DNA of 64,000 bases from contig DASSII010000029.1 of NCBI GenBank assembly GCA_035692005.1, positions 24,077 to 88,076 on the forward strand, in the 5' to 3' direction. Under the pieces are notes generated by a model. The model was given only the letters and a program-made list of their open reading frames with translations, searched no databases and was not told the origin of the DNA. Origin of the DNA: Candidatus Limnocylindrales bacterium. Lineage in GTDB: Bacteria; Chloroflexota; Limnocylindria; Limnocylindrales; CSP1-4. A program made the translations under genes and the position numbers. Shown piece after piece: positions 44,364-53,425 of the stretch. The first letter of the stretch is position 1. The number at the start of each line of letters is the position of its first letter.

Positions 44364-44440
44364 TGGTGGGCGGTACTGGACTCGAACCAGTGACATCCTC
44401 GGTGTAAGCGAGGCGCTCTGACCGACTGAGCTAACCGCCC
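44364..44440 (-). tRNA. tRNA-Val (TAC), CCA encoded
   Basis: Reverse complement GGGCGGTTAGCTCAGTCGGTCAGAGCG CCTCG CTTACAC CGAGG ...GGTTCGAGTCC AGTACCGCCC ACCA. Confidence 0.9.
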
Positions 44441-44511
44441 CCGGTCGCGGAGCCTACACCGACGCGATGCACGTCGACCGCCTGCTCGGCGGTCGTGTCG
44501 TGGTCGCGATG

Positions 44512-44596
44512 TGGTGCCCAGGCCGGGACTTGAACCCGGATGAGTTGCCTCATACGCCCCTCAAACGTACGCGTATACCAATTCCGCCACCTGGGC
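44512..44596 (-). tRNA. tRNA-Leu (GAG), CCA encoded
   Basis: Reverse complement GCCCAGGTGGCGGAATTGGTA..., anticodon loop TTGAGGG, long variable arm, GGGTTCAAGTCCC, ending GGCACCA. Confidence 0.88.
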
Positions 44597-44625
44597 CGGT
44601 GTCACCTTCGTGGGATCCGAGGGAA

Positions 44626-44712
44626 TGGTACCGAGGGAGGGACTTGAACCCACACGACCTTGCGGCCACTGGTACCTGAAACCAGCGCGTCTGCCTATTC
44701 CGCCACCTCGGC
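44626..44712 (-). tRNA. tRNA-Leu (CAG), CCA encoded
   Basis: Reverse complement GCCGAGGTGGCGGAATAGGCAGACGCG CTGGT TTCAGGT ACCAG, long variable arm, GGGTTCAAGTCCC, ending GGTACCA. Confidence 0.88.
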
Positions 44713-44730
44713 ACGGACCCCGCGCGACCG

Positions 44731-46476
44731 TTACCGGTCGACGGCGAGGCGCCATGTTAGCACATCCCAGAATCGGTCCGACGGGTCGGTCACCTGGCGT
44801 ACGACCGGCCCCTGGACGGTGTCGCGCAGCACGACCACGGCGTCCGGGAACGCCAGCGGCAGCAGGTACCGGCCCTTCGTCAGCTGGCGCTGCAGGGCGC
44901 TCGACGCGGCCTTGCGGGCGGCGTCCGTCCCTGGTGCCCGGGCCTTGACCAGGAGCCTGTCGAGGACCGGATCCTGGACGCCCATGACGTTGGAGCCGCC
45001 CTTCAGCGTCTGGCTCGAGGCCAGCAGCGGGTAGAGGTCGGCATCGAGCCCCATCCGGACGTCGGCGATGGCCACCTGGAACGCGCCGGTCGACAGGCGA
45101 TCGTTGACGAAGACGCCCGGCGCCAAGGGCACGTGGGTCACCGTCAGTCCGATCTGCTGCCAGTCGCGCACGACCGCTTCGGCGGCCGCGAAGGCCGGGT
45201 GGTTCGCCTCGTCGGTCGGGCTCAGGACCTCGATCGTCAGGGGGTTCTTTGCCTTCGGCAGTGACCATCCCTTGGCCCCCTTGGTCCAGCCCGCCGCCTG
45301 GAAGGCCTTGGTGGCCGCCGAACGACTATGGGCCACGACCGGCGCCGCAGCCGGGTCGTAGAAGGGCGAGACCGGCGGGATCGGTCCGCTCGCTGCCTGC
45401 GCCGCGCCCGCGTATGCCGCCTTGATCAGTTGCTCGCGATCGATGGCCGCGAGGAGGCCGGTGCGGACGGTCGCGTTGGCGAACTCGGGATGACTCGGGC
45501 GCAGGTTCAGCAGGCCGGCGGCGAGCGTCGCGCCCGGGTAGCGCACGAGACGACTGGAGCCCCCGGTCGACAGCTCGGCGGCGAGCTGCGGGGACAGGCC
45601 GGAGGCCGCGTCGAGATCGCCGGCGCGGAAGTCGGCGGCAAGCCGTCCAGGATCCGTGTAGAAGCGGAACTCGATCCCGGACAGGTACGGCATCGGCCGT
45701 GACGGTCGGACCGTCGGGCCGGGCGTCGTCAGCGAGTCGGTCGCGCCGGCGCTGGCGACGGGCGTCGGCTCGGCGTCGGTCTCGACGACCGCCGCCGGGA
45801 CCAGCGACGCTGCGGTGTCGGACAGCTCGACGAGCGCGAACGCTCCCGAACCGATCGGCTGCCGGCCGAACGGGTCGTCGGGCAGCGATGCGACCGGGAC
45901 GTCGGCCAGCAGGTGGGCTGGTGCCAACGGCTGGGTCAACGCCTGCAGGAAGCCACCGAGCGGCGTCGTCAGCGTGAACGTCACCTGATGGGCGCCGGAC
46001 TTCGTGACGCCGACCTCGCGCCACGATGATGCCGACGGGCCGCTGTAGTCAGGATCCTTGAGGGCCTCGATCGTGAACACGACGTCCTCGGGTGTGACCG
46101 GGACGCCGTCATGCCACAGCGCATCGGGGCGCAGGTCGACCACCCACGTCTTGCCCGTCCTGTCGACCGTCCAGCCTGCGGCCAGATCCGGAACGATGCT
46201 GCCGGCGGGCCCGTTGCGGACGAGCCCGGAGAAGACGAGCGCGACGAGATCGCGGTCGACCTGGGTGCGCGCCGTGAGCGGCGACACCGACACCGGCACG
46301 CCCACCGCTCCCTCGACATACGGTCGGGCGTCGAGGGCCGGCCCGCTCGCCGCCGGCGAGGGTGCCGGACTCGACACGCTCGAGGCACGTTGCACGGCCG
46401 GGATGCCGATGAGGCCCGCGACGATGGCGAGCAGGAAGACCAGCGTCCCGACGACGAAGGAGTCGCTTCGGGTCAT
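44731..46476 (-). CDS. ABC-transporter substrate-binding protein, family 5 (peptide/nickel type), membrane-anchored; no cognate permease or ATPase genes adjacent
   Basis: 581 aa from ATG 46476 with an N-terminal transmembrane anchor, Ser/Pro linker, and SBP_bac_5-like body (GLVRNGPAGSIVPDLAAGWTVDRTGKTWVVDLRPDALWHDG...). Confidence 0.85.
   Translation of the reverse strand: MTRSDSFVVGTLVFLLAIVAGLIGIPAVQRASSVSSPAPSPAASGPALDARPYVEGAVGVPVSVSPLTARTQVDRDLVALVFSGLVRNGPAGSIVPDLAAGWTVDRTGKTWVVDLRPDALWHDGVPVTPEDVVFTIEALKDPDYSGPSASSWREVGVTKSGAHQVTFTLTTPLGGFLQALTQPLAPAHLLADVPVASLPDDPFGRQPIGSGAFALVELSDTAASLVPAAVVETDAEPTPVASAGATDSLTTPGPTVRPSRPMPYLSGIEFRFYTDPGRLAADFRAGDLDAASGLSPQLAAELSTGGSSRLVRYPGATLAAGLLNLRPSHPEFANATVRTGLLAAIDREQLIKAAYAGAAQAASGPIPPVSPFYDPAAAPVVAHSRSAATKAFQAAGWTKGAKGWSLPKAKNPLTIEVLSPTDEANHPAFAAAEAVVRDWQQIGLTVTHVPLAPGVFVNDRLSTGAFQVAIADVRMGLDADLYPLLASSQTLKGGSNVMGVQDPVLDRLLVKARAPGTDAARKAASSALQRQLTKGRYLLPLAFPDAVVVLRDTVQGPVVRQVTDPSDRFWDVLTWRLAVDR
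44754..44762 (-). promoter_or_regulatory. Candidate extended -10 promoter (TGCTAACAT) for the Leu-Leu-Val tRNA operon, inside the last codons of the upstream binding-protein gene
   Basis: The minus strand reads gaTGTGCTAACATggcgcc, about 42 nt upstream of the tRNA-Leu(CAG) 5' end. It overlaps codons D-V-L-T-W of the binding protein. Confidence 0.4.
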
Positions 46477-46519
46477 GAGGCTCCGTGTCGATCGTGGACC
46501 GTGGTCCACGGCGCCGCGC

Positions 46520-46747
46520 TCAGGCGGCCGGCGCGAGAACGTACGACGCCAGCGAGAAGATGACGAAGAGGGCGAGCAGCACGATGGTGAACTGCCACAG
46601 CCGGCGCTCCACGCCCCGTCGACTCCGGTACACGGCCGAGTCGCCACCGAATGTTCCGGACAGCCCCGTGCCGCGCGCCTGCAGCAGGATCGCGACGATC
46701 AGGGCGATGCTGACGATGATCTGGCCGATGCCGAGGAGCGGGTTCAA
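46520..46747 (-). CDS. secG: Preprotein translocase subunit SecG
   Basis: 75 aa: IVSIALIVAILLQARGTGLSGTFGG... followed by a second transmembrane helix. TTG start with GGAGG 10 nt upstream. Confidence 0.85.
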   Translation of the reverse strand: MNPLLGIGQIIVSIALIVAILLQARGTGLSGTFGGDSAVYRSRRGVERRLWQFTIVLLALFVIFSLASYVLAPAA

Positions 46748-46781
46748 GACGTGCGGACCTCCGGTGGGGGGACGGCGGCCG

Positions 46782-46790
46782 ATGCTACCA
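46782..46790 (-). promoter_or_regulatory. Candidate extended -10 promoter (TGGTAGCAT) for secG
   Basis: The minus strand reads tgTGGTAGCATcggccgcc, between the gpmI stop and the secG start. Confidence 0.4.
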
Positions 46791-46801
46791 CAGGGTCGCG
46801 C

Positions 46802-48424
46802 TCAGCCATGGCCCGGGACGAGCAGCGACCTGCCGGTGAGGCCCGGCCACGCCGGTAGACCGGCCAGCTCGAGGAGCGTCGGGGCCACGTCGGCCAGCAC
46901 GCCGTCGCTCAGCCGTCGATCCGCCACGGACCTGCCGACAAGCAGGAACGGGACCGGGTTGAGGGAGTGCGCGGTCACCGGCTGACCGGCGCCATCGAGC
47001 ATGTCGTCGGCGTTGCCGTGGTCGGCAGTGATGGCCAGGATCGCGCCCGGTCCGAGGGGATCGCGGGTCTCCACCGCCGCCACCGCGTCGACGATGCGAG
47101 CAAGGGCGGCATCGACCGCGGCCAGGGCCTCGATCGTCGCGTCCCACACGCCCGTGTGGCCGACCATATCGGCGTTGGCGTAGTTGGCGACGACGAAGTC
47201 GTAGCGGTCCGATTCGATCGCCGTGACGAGCGCGTCGGTCACGCCCGGCGCCGACATCTCCGGTCGGAGGTCGTAGGTGGCGACCTTGGGGCTGGGCACG
47301 AGCAGTCGGTCCTCGCCGACCCACGGCGCCTCGACGCCGCCGTTGAAGAAGTACGTGACGTGCGCGTACTTCTCGGTCTCGGCGACGTGGAACTGACGCC
47401 AGCCGGCCGCGCTGACGGCCTCGGCCAGCGAGGGGACCGTCTCCGGCGGGAAGGCGACCTCGACCGGCAGGCCCTCCTCGTAGGCCGTCATCGTGACCAC
47501 GAACAGGTCATCCGGTCTCGGCCGGCCGCTCGGCGACGACCGATCGAACCCGTCGAACGTCGGCCCGTCGGCGAGGGCGTGGACCAGCTGGCGCCCGCGG
47601 TCGGCGCGGAAGTTCGCATGGACGATCGGATCGCCATCGACCAACGGCCGGGACTGGTCGCCCGTCGGATCGACGACCGTCGGCGCGACGAACTCGTCGG
47701 TCTCCCCTCGGGCATAGGCAGCGGCGATGGCCTCGCCCGCCGACGACGCCCGCAGCGGCGACTCGCGGTGGACGATCGCGTCGTACGCCCGCTCGACCCG
47801 CTCCCAGCGCCGGTCGCGGTCCATGCCGTAGTAGCGACCGCCGACGGTCGCGATGGCCGCGTCGGGATGCGCGGCGGCAAGTCGGGGCTCGAGGTCCGCC
47901 ACGAACCCGAGCGCGGATGACGGCGGAGTGTCGCGCCCATCGAGCAGCGCATGGACCTCGACCCGCGGCACGCCCTGGCGATGTGCCAGGTCCGCGAGCG
48001 CGACGAGGTGACGGTCGTTGGCGTGCACGCCGCCAGGCCCGATCAGGCTCACGATCGAGAGCACGCCCCGACCGGCCCTGGCGGAGGCGCAGGCAGCAAG
48101 CAGCGCGGATCGCGTGAAGAACGACCCGTCGGCGATCGCCGCATCGATGCGCGGCAGGTCCTGGAGCACGGGTCGGCCCGCGCCGAGGTTGAGATGACCG
48201 ACCTCCGAATTGCCCATCTGGCCGGCCGGCAGCCCGACAGCGTCCTCGGACGCCCGCAGGACGCTGTGCGGCCAGCGGGCCAGCAGCCCGCGCCAGGTCG
48301 GCAGCGGGGCCGCGGCGATCGCATCGCCGGCGGGGTCGTGGCCGATTCCGAAGCCGTCGAGGATGACGAGCACGATCGGCCGGGGCCGGGCCCGGTCACC
48401 CGGCCGACCGCTCGAGCCGGGCAC
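46802..48424 (-). CDS. gpmI: 2,3-bisphosphoglycerate-independent phosphoglycerate mutase
   Basis: 540 aa with LVILDGFG, GQMGNSEVGHLNLGAGR and ITADHGNAD. Confidence 0.95.
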   Translation of the reverse strand: MPGSSGRPGDRARPRPIVLVILDGFGIGHDPAGDAIAAAPLPTWRGLLARWPHSVLRASEDAVGLPAGQMGNSEVGHLNLGAGRPVLQDLPRIDAAIADGSFFTRSALLAACASARAGRGVLSIVSLIGPGGVHANDRHLVALADLAHRQGVPRVEVHALLDGRDTPPSSALGFVADLEPRLAAAHPDAAIATVGGRYYGMDRDRRWERVERAYDAIVHRESPLRASSAGEAIAAAYARGETDEFVAPTVVDPTGDQSRPLVDGDPIVHANFRADRGRQLVHALADGPTFDGFDRSSPSGRPRPDDLFVVTMTAYEEGLPVEVAFPPETVPSLAEAVSAAGWRQFHVAETEKYAHVTYFFNGGVEAPWVGEDRLLVPSPKVATYDLRPEMSAPGVTDALVTAIESDRYDFVVANYANADMVGHTGVWDATIEALAAVDAALARIVDAVAAVETRDPLGPGAILAITADHGNADDMLDGAGQPVTAHSLNPVPFLLVGRSVADRRLSDGVLADVAPTLLELAGLPAWPGLTGRSLLVPGHG

Positions 48425-48429
48425 CTCGA

Positions 48430-49224
48430 TCAGTCCCCGACCAGGCCGCGAGCGCGAGCCGTGATGGCGGCCCGGGCGACGATGCCGGCCATCTCGTCGG
48501 GTTGCAGTGAGGCCCCGCCGACGAGGGCACCGTCGATGCCGGGCTCGGCCAGGAACTCGGCGATGTTCGACGACGTGACGCTGCCGCCGTAGAGGATCGG
48601 GATGGATGCGGCCCGGGCCTCCAGCCCAAGCACGTCGAGGCTGGCCCGGATGGCATCGGCCATCGCCCCCGCGTCGGATCCGCTGGCGGTACGGCCGGTA
48701 CCGATCGCCCAGACCGGCTCGTACGCGACGACGAGGCCGCCGTCGGCCAGCGACGTCGCGTCGAGGTCGGCCAGCGCGCCGCGCAACTGGCGCTCGACGA
48801 CGTCGATGGCGCGACCGGCGGAGCGCTCGGTCAGCAGCTCACCGACGCACAGGATCGGGCGCAGCCCGCTGTCCAGCGACCGGGCGAGCTTGCGACCGAT
48901 GAGCGCGTCGGTCTCGCCTGCGTCCCGGCGTCGCTCGGAATGGCCGACGATGACCCACGTCGCCAACCCGTCGAGCATCGGCGCGGCGACCTCGCCGGTG
49001 TACGGTCCGGCGAGCTCGTGGTGGACGTTCTGCGCCCCGATCCCGACATCGGCGTCGGTCTCCGCCAGCGCATCGCGGACCGCCGCCAGACACACGAACG
49101 GCGGACAGATCACCCTGGTCACGCCGGCCTCGCGCGTCCGGGCCGCGATCGTGCGCGCCAGCTCCCCCGCGTCGGCCGGGGTGGTATGCATCTTCCAGTT
49201 GGCGGCGACGACGACTTCACGCAT
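48430..49224 (-). CDS. tpiA: Triosephosphate isomerase
   Basis: 264 aa with ANWKMH, VGHSERR and AYEPVWAIGTG. The start overlaps the whiA stop by 8 nt. Confidence 0.95.
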   Translation of the reverse strand: MREVVVAANWKMHTTPADAGELARTIAARTREAGVTRVICPPFVCLAAVRDALAETDADVGIGAQNVHHELAGPYTGEVAAPMLDGLATWVIVGHSERRRDAGETDALIGRKLARSLDSGLRPILCVGELLTERSAGRAIDVVERQLRGALADLDATSLADGGLVVAYEPVWAIGTGRTASGSDAGAMADAIRASLDVLGLEARAASIPILYGGSVTSSNIAEFLAEPGIDGALVGGASLQPDEMAGIVARAAITARARGLVGD

Positions 49225-50056
49225 GCGTGCGAATCATGCCAGACCGGCCGGTCGCGCCGAGCGGTGCCGCGGGTTCGGCCTCGGCCAGCCGTTCGATCCG
49301 TTCGAGCGCCCGCTGGACGGCGGAGCGGTGCAGGTCGAGCCGCTCGGCGAGCTCGGTCAGGGTGGCCTCCGGAGTCGCCCGACGAGCGTCGGCCACGAGG
49401 CGGACAACGTACGGCTGCTCGACCAGGCGCCCGTCGCCGTCCAGCACGGCGATGGCGTCGAGCTGGCGGCCGGCCGCCGCGACGGCGCGCTGGAGGTTCG
49501 CCGATTCGGCGTTGAGCACCCGGTTCAGCTCACCGCGCAGCGCCCGGGAGACCTGACGGGCCTCGAGTTCGAGCAGGGCGCCGGCGGCCCCGATCCGTCG
49601 CAGGAACGTGCCGACCGCCTCACCGCTCTTCCAGGTCACGACCCCACGCCCACGACGCACCCGCCACGACGCCGGCAGTCCGACATCGTCGAGGCGGGCG
49701 GCCAGCAGCGGCGCCTCCTCCGGGGAGACGACGAACTCGAGGTGGGTCCGGCCGCCGGCCAGGCTCAGCGAGCCGCGCGACAGGAATCGTCCGCGGAGCC
49801 AGGCGCTCCGGCAATGGTCCGCCGCGCTGGTCCAGTCGAACGGCGGCACGAGGGGCGGCGCGACGGACGGCCTGCCGGCGATCCCCTCCCCCGCCCGACG
49901 CAGCCGCAGCGCGAGGCGTGCCACCGCAGGCTCGCGGGCGACGAGGCCGGCGCCCAGACCGGCCGCCTCGGCCAGCCGGTCGCACGGCCGCGCGGGATCG
50001 ATGGCGGCCAGCTCGTTGCGCAGCGCCGTGACGAGATCGCGTTCCGAGCGGGTCAT
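49217..50056 (-). CDS. whiA: Sporulation/cell-division regulator WhiA (shorter than typical)
   Basis: 279 aa: TRSERDLVTALRNELA..., a LAGLIDADG-like middle region (WLRGRFLSRGSLS...THLEF) and a C-terminal helix-turn-helix (TLTELAERLDLHRSAVQRALERI). It follows yvcK and rapZ as in Gram-positives. Confidence 0.85.
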   Translation of the reverse strand: MTRSERDLVTALRNELAAIDPARPCDRLAEAAGLGAGLVAREPAVARLALRLRRAGEGIAGRPSVAPPLVPPFDWTSAADHCRSAWLRGRFLSRGSLSLAGGRTHLEFVVSPEEAPLLAARLDDVGLPASWRVRRGRGVVTWKSGEAVGTFLRRIGAAGALLELEARQVSRALRGELNRVLNAESANLQRAVAAAGRQLDAIAVLDGDGRLVEQPYVVRLVADARRATPEATLTELAERLDLHRSAVQRALERIERLAEAEPAAPLGATGRSGMIRTHA

Positions 50057-50058
50057 CG

Positions 50059-51402
50059 TCAGGCGGTGCGTCCGACGGTCCGTCGCCGGGTCGTCGCTTC
50101 CGCCTCCAACGTGCGGATGACCGCGGCCGCCAGGCGAGCCGGGTCGTGGTGGTGGGCGTTGTCGGGGTCGACCACGTCGTCGAGCACGAGGCGCGGCGGC
50201 GCGCTCATGCCGTCGGGCGGCCAGTGCAGGCGTACGGTCTGCGCCTGCCAGTCGGTCGGGATGCGCGCATCGAACCGGTTGTTCGCGAGGACGACGTCGA
50301 CGATGCCCGGTGCGGTGTGGTCGACCAGCGCCCGGACGTGATGCGGGAGGTCGTAGCCGGTCGTCTCGCCCGGCTGGGTGGCGACGTTGCAGACGTACAG
50401 CCGTGGCGCGCTCGCAGCCAGCACCGCCTCGCGGATGCCGGGCACGAGCAGGCTCGGCAACAGGCTGGTGAACAGGCTGCCGGGACCGAGCACGATGAGA
50501 TCGGCCTCGGCGATGGCCACCAGCGCGTCCTCGGACGCCACGACATCGGACGGGCTGATCCAGACGCGCTCGATGTCGGCCGTGCGCATGATGCGCGACT
50601 GGCCGACGAGGGTGGAGCCGTCGACCGTCCGGGCATGCAGGGTGAGCGGCGTGGCCGTCACCGGCACGACCTGCCCGCGAACCGCGAGGATCCGGTTGAG
50701 GCGGCGCACCCCCTCCTCGAAGTCACCGCCCTCGATGGCGGTCATCGCCGCCAGCAGCAGGTTGCCGATGGCATGACCGGCGAGCCCCGGCCCCTCCGCC
50801 GCGACGGCCGGTGAGACGCCCTCGCCGACCGGGAAGCGGTACTGCAGCAGCTCGTTCATGAGCGGCTCGGCATCGGCCAGGGCCGCGATGCAGTTGCGGA
50901 TGTCGCCGACCGGCGGGATACCGAGCTCCTCGCGCAGCACGCCCGACGAACCGCCGTCGTCCGCAACCGTCACGACCGCGGTGAGGTTGCTGGTGTGTTC
51001 CTTGAGGCCACGCAGCAGGGTGGACAGACCCGTCCCGCCACCGATGGCCACGATCCGCGGCCCCTTCGCCAGGAAGCGCTTCTGATAGATCACCTCGACG
51101 AGCGGCTGATCGGCGTCGGGCAGACGCAACGGATCGGTCAGCACGCGCATGACCCGGATCCCGCCGTAGACGACGACCGAGCTACCGATCAGACCGACGA
51201 TGAGACCGCGCAGGGCGTACGGCAGGAACTGGAGGGTCGCGACGTCGATCAGGACGCCGAACGGGCCCCCGGGCTCAAGGTCGCGCGTCGCCTGACGGAG
51301 CATGTGCGCGAAGGCAAGGGCGAGCAGCAGGAGGCCAAGGAACACCACCAGCAGCCAGCGCTTCACGCCGATCCCCGGGGTGAGCCAGCGGCGCAGCCTC
51401 AC
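50059..51402 (-). CDS. yvcK: YvcK/CofD-family gluconeogenesis/morphogenesis factor with an N-terminal two-transmembrane extension
   Basis: 447 aa. The first ~110 aa contain two hydrophobic helices, followed by IVAIGGGTGLSTLLRGLK and a YvcK body. Confidence 0.9.
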   Translation of the reverse strand: MRLRRWLTPGIGVKRWLLVVFLGLLLLALAFAHMLRQATRDLEPGGPFGVLIDVATLQFLPYALRGLIVGLIGSSVVVYGGIRVMRVLTDPLRLPDADQPLVEVIYQKRFLAKGPRIVAIGGGTGLSTLLRGLKEHTSNLTAVVTVADDGGSSGVLREELGIPPVGDIRNCIAALADAEPLMNELLQYRFPVGEGVSPAVAAEGPGLAGHAIGNLLLAAMTAIEGGDFEEGVRRLNRILAVRGQVVPVTATPLTLHARTVDGSTLVGQSRIMRTADIERVWISPSDVVASEDALVAIAEADLIVLGPGSLFTSLLPSLLVPGIREAVLAASAPRLYVCNVATQPGETTGYDLPHHVRALVDHTAPGIVDVVLANNRFDARIPTDWQAQTVRLHWPPDGMSAPPRLVLDDVVDPDNAHHHDPARLAAAVIRTLEAEATTRRRTVGRTA

Positions 51403-52304
51403 GGTCGGTCGAGCTCCCGGTGGAAGACCGCGACCGGACCGACGTCACGCTCACGCAACCACGTCGCCAGCACCTCGGAGAGCACGATGCTCCGGTGGTA
51501 GCCGCCGGTGCAGCCGATCGAGATCGTCAGCCGGGTCTTGCCTTCCTCGATGTAGGCCGGGATCGAGAACTCGAGGAAGTCCTCGACCAGGGTGAGGAAG
51601 CGGCTCGTCACAGGTTGACCGAGCACGTACGCGCGGACCTCCTCGGTCAGGCCCGAGCGGGCACGCAGGTCGGGCACGTAGTACGGGTTCGAGATGAACC
51701 GGACATCGAACACGAGATCGGACTCGAGGGGCAGACCGTACTTGTAGCCGAAGCTGATCAGCTGGACGGCGAGTTGATCCGGCCGCGTGGTCGTGGCGAG
51801 TTGCGAGAACAGCCGCTCGCGCAACTGGCGCAACGACAGGTCCGACGTGTCGACGATGACGTCCGCCTCGGACCGGATCGGGTCGAGCATGCGGCGTTCC
51901 AGCGTGATCGAGCTGGCGATGCCGCCCTGCTCGTTGAGCGGATGCCGGTGACGGGTCTCACTGAACCGACGGATGAGCACGTCGTCGCGGGCTTCGAGGA
52001 ACACGATCCGTGGCACGATGCCGCGGCCCTCGAGCGCGCCGCGCATCGAACCGAGGGCGAGTGTCGCGTCGCCGGCGCGGACGTCGACCACGATCGCCAC
52101 CTGGGCGAACCGCTCGGGGTCCGACGACACGAGCTCGGCCAGCTCGGGCAGGAGCTCGCCGGGCAGATTGTCGACGACGGTGTAGCCGAGGTCCTCGAAC
52201 AGCTTGGCCGCAGCGGTCTTGCCTCCGCCCGACAACCCGGACAGGATCACGACCGCCTGGTCGGCGGTGTCCGCTGCCACGGGGTCGTCCGCGGCCGAGG
52301 TCAT
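51399..52304 (-). CDS. rapZ: RNase adapter / nucleotide-binding protein RapZ (YvcJ)
   Basis: 301 aa from ATG 52304 (ATGA overlap with the tatC stop) with ILSGLSGGGKT, FVFDVRF-like DLVFDVRFISNP and CTGGYHRS. Confidence 0.9.
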   Translation of the reverse strand: MTSAADDPVAADTADQAVVILSGLSGGGKTAAAKLFEDLGYTVVDNLPGELLPELAELVSSDPERFAQVAIVVDVRAGDATLALGSMRGALEGRGIVPRIVFLEARDDVLIRRFSETRHRHPLNEQGGIASSITLERRMLDPIRSEADVIVDTSDLSLRQLRERLFSQLATTTRPDQLAVQLISFGYKYGLPLESDLVFDVRFISNPYYVPDLRARSGLTEEVRAYVLGQPVTSRFLTLVEDFLEFSIPAYIEEGKTRLTISIGCTGGYHRSIVLSEVLATWLRERDVGPVAVFHRELDRP

Positions 52305-53083
52305 CGGCCGGAGCGCCGGATGACGAACACCGTGATCTCGAACAGCAGGTACATCGTGCCGCCGAGCACGAACGGGCTCACCAGGTCGCCGCCGGGCGTG
52401 GCCACGGCCGCGAAGATGGCGATCCCGAGGATCACATAGCGACGCGCCGAGCGCAGACGCTCGGACGTGACGATGCCGATCCGCGACAGGCCGAACAACA
52501 GGATGGGGAATTCCATGACCAGGCCGAAGGCGAGGAACATCGTCGTGACGAAGTCGAAGTACGGCCCGGCTGCGACGTTCGCGACCAGCTTGTCGTCGGT
52601 GAAGCTCAACAGGAACTGGACCGCGAACGGCAGCACCAGGTAGGCGATGGCGACCCCGAGGGCGAAGAAGAACAGCGCCAGCGGCACCCACGGACGGACC
52701 GTCCGCCGTTCGTCCGGGGTCAGGCCCGGGGCGATGAACGCCCAGACCTGGTAGAGCAGCACGGGCATCGCCAGGATGATCCCGACGACGATCGAGATGC
52801 GCAGCTGGATGGCGAAGGCATCGCCGGGACCGAGCACCTGGGCGACACCGTTGGGCAACGGGATGAGCAGGAAGTTGCGGATGTCGCGCGCGAAGTAGAA
52901 GCCGACCACGGACCCGGCCACGACCGCGATGATCGCCCGGAACAGGCGGTCACGCAGCTCGCCGAGGTGGTCGACGAGGGACATGACCGACCCATCGGGG
53001 GCACTCGCCGGCGGCGTCGGCGGCTCGGACGGGACCGGCAGGCCGGACGCGGTGGCGTCGCGCAGGGCGTCGGCGTCGGCCAT
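52301..53083 (-). CDS. tatC: Twin-arginine translocase subunit TatC
   Basis: 260 aa, six transmembrane helices, HLGELRDRLFRAIIAVV... is TatC-like. Confidence 0.9.
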   Translation of the reverse strand: MADADALRDATASGLPVPSEPPTPPASAPDGSVMSLVDHLGELRDRLFRAIIAVVAGSVVGFYFARDIRNFLLIPLPNGVAQVLGPGDAFAIQLRISIVVGIILAMPVLLYQVWAFIAPGLTPDERRTVRPWVPLALFFFALGVAIAYLVLPFAVQFLLSFTDDKLVANVAAGPYFDFVTTMFLAFGLVMEFPILLFGLSRIGIVTSERLRSARRYVILGIAIFAAVATPGGDLVSPFVLGGTMYLLFEITVFVIRRSGR

Positions 53084-53104
53084 CAGGGACGAGGGGCGCC
53101 GGTC

Positions 53105-53389
53105 CTAGTTCGTGTGCGGGGTCGGCTCGCTCGACGGGGTCGGCGTCGACGCTACCGGTGGGGCGGCGACCACCTCGGGTGCGGCCGGTGCGGCGGGCGT
53201 CGGCGGCGGGCTGGCCGGGATGGGCGACGTATCGACCTTCACCGAATCGCTCAGATCCGACGACGCCTTGCGGAACTCGCGGATGCTCTTGCCGAGAGCC
53301 GATCCGACGTCCGGGAGCTTGCCCGGGCCGAGGATCAGGAGCGCGATGACGAGGATGATGATGAGTTCGACGGGTCCGGGCATCGGCAT
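53105..53389 (-). CDS. tatA: Twin-arginine translocase subunit TatA/E
   Basis: ELIIILVIALLILGPGKLPDVGSALGKSIREFRKA followed by a Pro/Ala-rich tail. Confidence 0.85.
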   Translation of the reverse strand: MPMPGPVELIIILVIALLILGPGKLPDVGSALGKSIREFRKASSDLSDSVKVDTSPIPASPPPTPAAPAAPEVVAAPPVASTPTPSSEPTPHTN

Positions 53390-53425
53390 GGTGGAGGTCC
53401 TCTGAAACGGGCTGAACCGCGGCGG

